This document shows, piece after piece, positions 23,121 to 24,000 of a stretch of DNA of 24,000 nucleotides (its first letter is position 1; every line of letters starts with the position of its first letter). The stretch is from Methanocaldococcus sp. Lineage in GTDB: Archaea > AGJL01 > Methanococci > Methanococcales > Methanocaldococcaceae. The notes beneath the pieces were generated by a model. It saw only the letters and a program-made list of their open reading frames with translations, did no database searches and was not told where the DNA came from. Location: assembly GCA_027068365.1 (NCBI GenBank), contig JAMOTQ010000014.1:1-24000 (forward strand), read 5' to 3'. The translations under genes and the position numbers were made by a program.

Positions 23121-24000
23121 ATTAGGAGAAAACTTAAACAAGGCATTAAATAAACTAAAAATTGCCACATTTGTTGATAAAAAATTAATAAAGGAAGTTA
23201 TTAAAGATATCCAAAGGGCTTTAATACAGGCAGATGTTAATGTAAAATTAGTTTTAAAGATGAGTAAAGAGATAGAGAGGAGAGCTTTGGAGGAAAAGAC
23301 ACCAAAGGGTTTATCTAAGAAAGAGCATATAATAAAAATTGTTTATGAGGAATTGGTTAAGTTGTTGGGAGAAGAGGCAAAAAAATTGGAGTTAAATCCA
23401 AAAAAACAAAATGTTATATTATTAGTTGGAATTCAAGGTTCTGGAAAGACAACAACAGCGGCAAAGTTAGCCAGATATATACAAAAAAGGGGATTAAGAC
23501 CAGCTTTAATTGCCGCTGATACATATAGACCAGCGGCTTATGAGCAGTTAAAGCAGTTAGCTGAAAAAATCCACGTGCCAATATATGGAGATGAGACAAG
23601 AACAAAATCACCAGTAGATATTGTTAAAGAGGGAATGGAGAAATTTAAGAAGGCAGATGTTTTAATTATAGACACTGCTGGAAGACATAAAGAGGAAAAA
23701 GGCTTATTGGAAGAGATGAAGCAAATTAAAGAAATAACAAATCCTGATGAGATTATTTTAGTTATAGATGGGACTATTGGACAACAGGCAGGAATTCAAG
23801 CCAAAGCATTTAAAGAGGCAGTTGGAGAGATTGGAAGTATAATAGTAACCAAGTTAGATGGTTCCGCTAAAGGAGGAGGAGCGTTAAGTGCAGTTGCCGA
23901 GACAAAAGCTCCTATAAAGTTTATTGGAATTGGGGAAGGAATTGATGATTTAGAGCCATTCGACCCTAAAAAGTTCATTTCAAGATTGTTGGGAATGGGA
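23110..24000 (+). CDS. srp54: Signal recognition particle protein SRP54, 5' partial (runs off the window)
   Basis: Not in the ORF track because no stop is reached. An open frame of 297 codons runs from ATG 23110 ([16 protein letters not shown]). N domain, then G domain with [16 protein letters not shown] and [14 protein letters not shown]. Overlaps the ubiX stop by 11 nt. MJ0101 from memory. Confidence 0.93.
   Translation, partial: MLDKLGENLNKALNKLKIATFVDKKLIKEVIKDIQRALIQADVNVKLVLKMSKEIERRALEEKTPKGLSKKEHIIKIVYEELVKLLGEEAKKLELNPKKQNVILLVGIQGSGKTTTAAKLARYIQKRGLRPALIAADTYRPAAYEQLKQLAEKIHVPIYGDETRTKSPVDIVKEGMEKFKKADVLIIDTAGRHKEEKGLLEEMKQIKEITNPDEIILVIDGTIGQQAGIQAKAFKEAVGEIGSIIVTKLDGSAKGGGALSAVAETKAPIKFIGIGEGIDDLEPFDPKKFISRLLGMG

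Overview
AT-rich archaeal chromosome segment. Gene content, the recurring GGTGA ribosome-binding site 4-6 nt before starts, very GC-rich tRNAs in an AT-rich background, and the 30-nt repeat GTTAAAATCAGACCGTTTCGGTATGGAAA(C/T) point to a Methanocaldococcus, a close relative of M. jannaschii. I cannot name the species, and locus-tag equivalences below are from memory. I call 19 protein genes, all ordinary housekeeping: cdhD-cdhE, a feoA-feoB-membrane protein operon with a divergent DtxR-family regulator, hemC, a diphthine-ammonia-ligase-like PP-loop ATPase, secD, a SemiSWEET/PQ-loop protein, suhB-type IMPase/FBPase, pyruvate kinase, a DHPS-like pterin-binding protein, a PAC2-family protein, a small conserved hypothetical, a Upf1-like SF1 helicase, a radical-SAM/TRAM protein, ubiX and the 5' part of srp54. 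There are three tRNAs: tRNA-Sec, tRNA-Leu(GAG) and an intron-containing tRNA-Met(CAU). Two co-oriented CRISPR arrays (14 and 21 spacers) have homologous ~300-bp leaders and no cas genes in the window. The unexplained signal is non-coding. (1) Both arrays end in the same GC-rich two-hairpin module that splits or replaces the last repeat and is bounded by TCAGACC. In array 1 it also carries a nested insertion and a partial second copy. (2) A modular family of GC-rich hairpin elements (head CCATAGGGC-TTCG-GCCCTATTGGGATAC) sits at several other loci. At three of them (a gene 5' end, a tRNA 3' end, a gene 3' end) it is flanked by a duplicated copy of the adjacent functional sequence. (3) The two leaders share a 9-bp inverted repeat 201 bp apart, with a compensatory double change between leaders. 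(4) Array 1 contains internal tandem duplications of repeat-spacer units. All alignments and folds were done by eye. No database search was possible.
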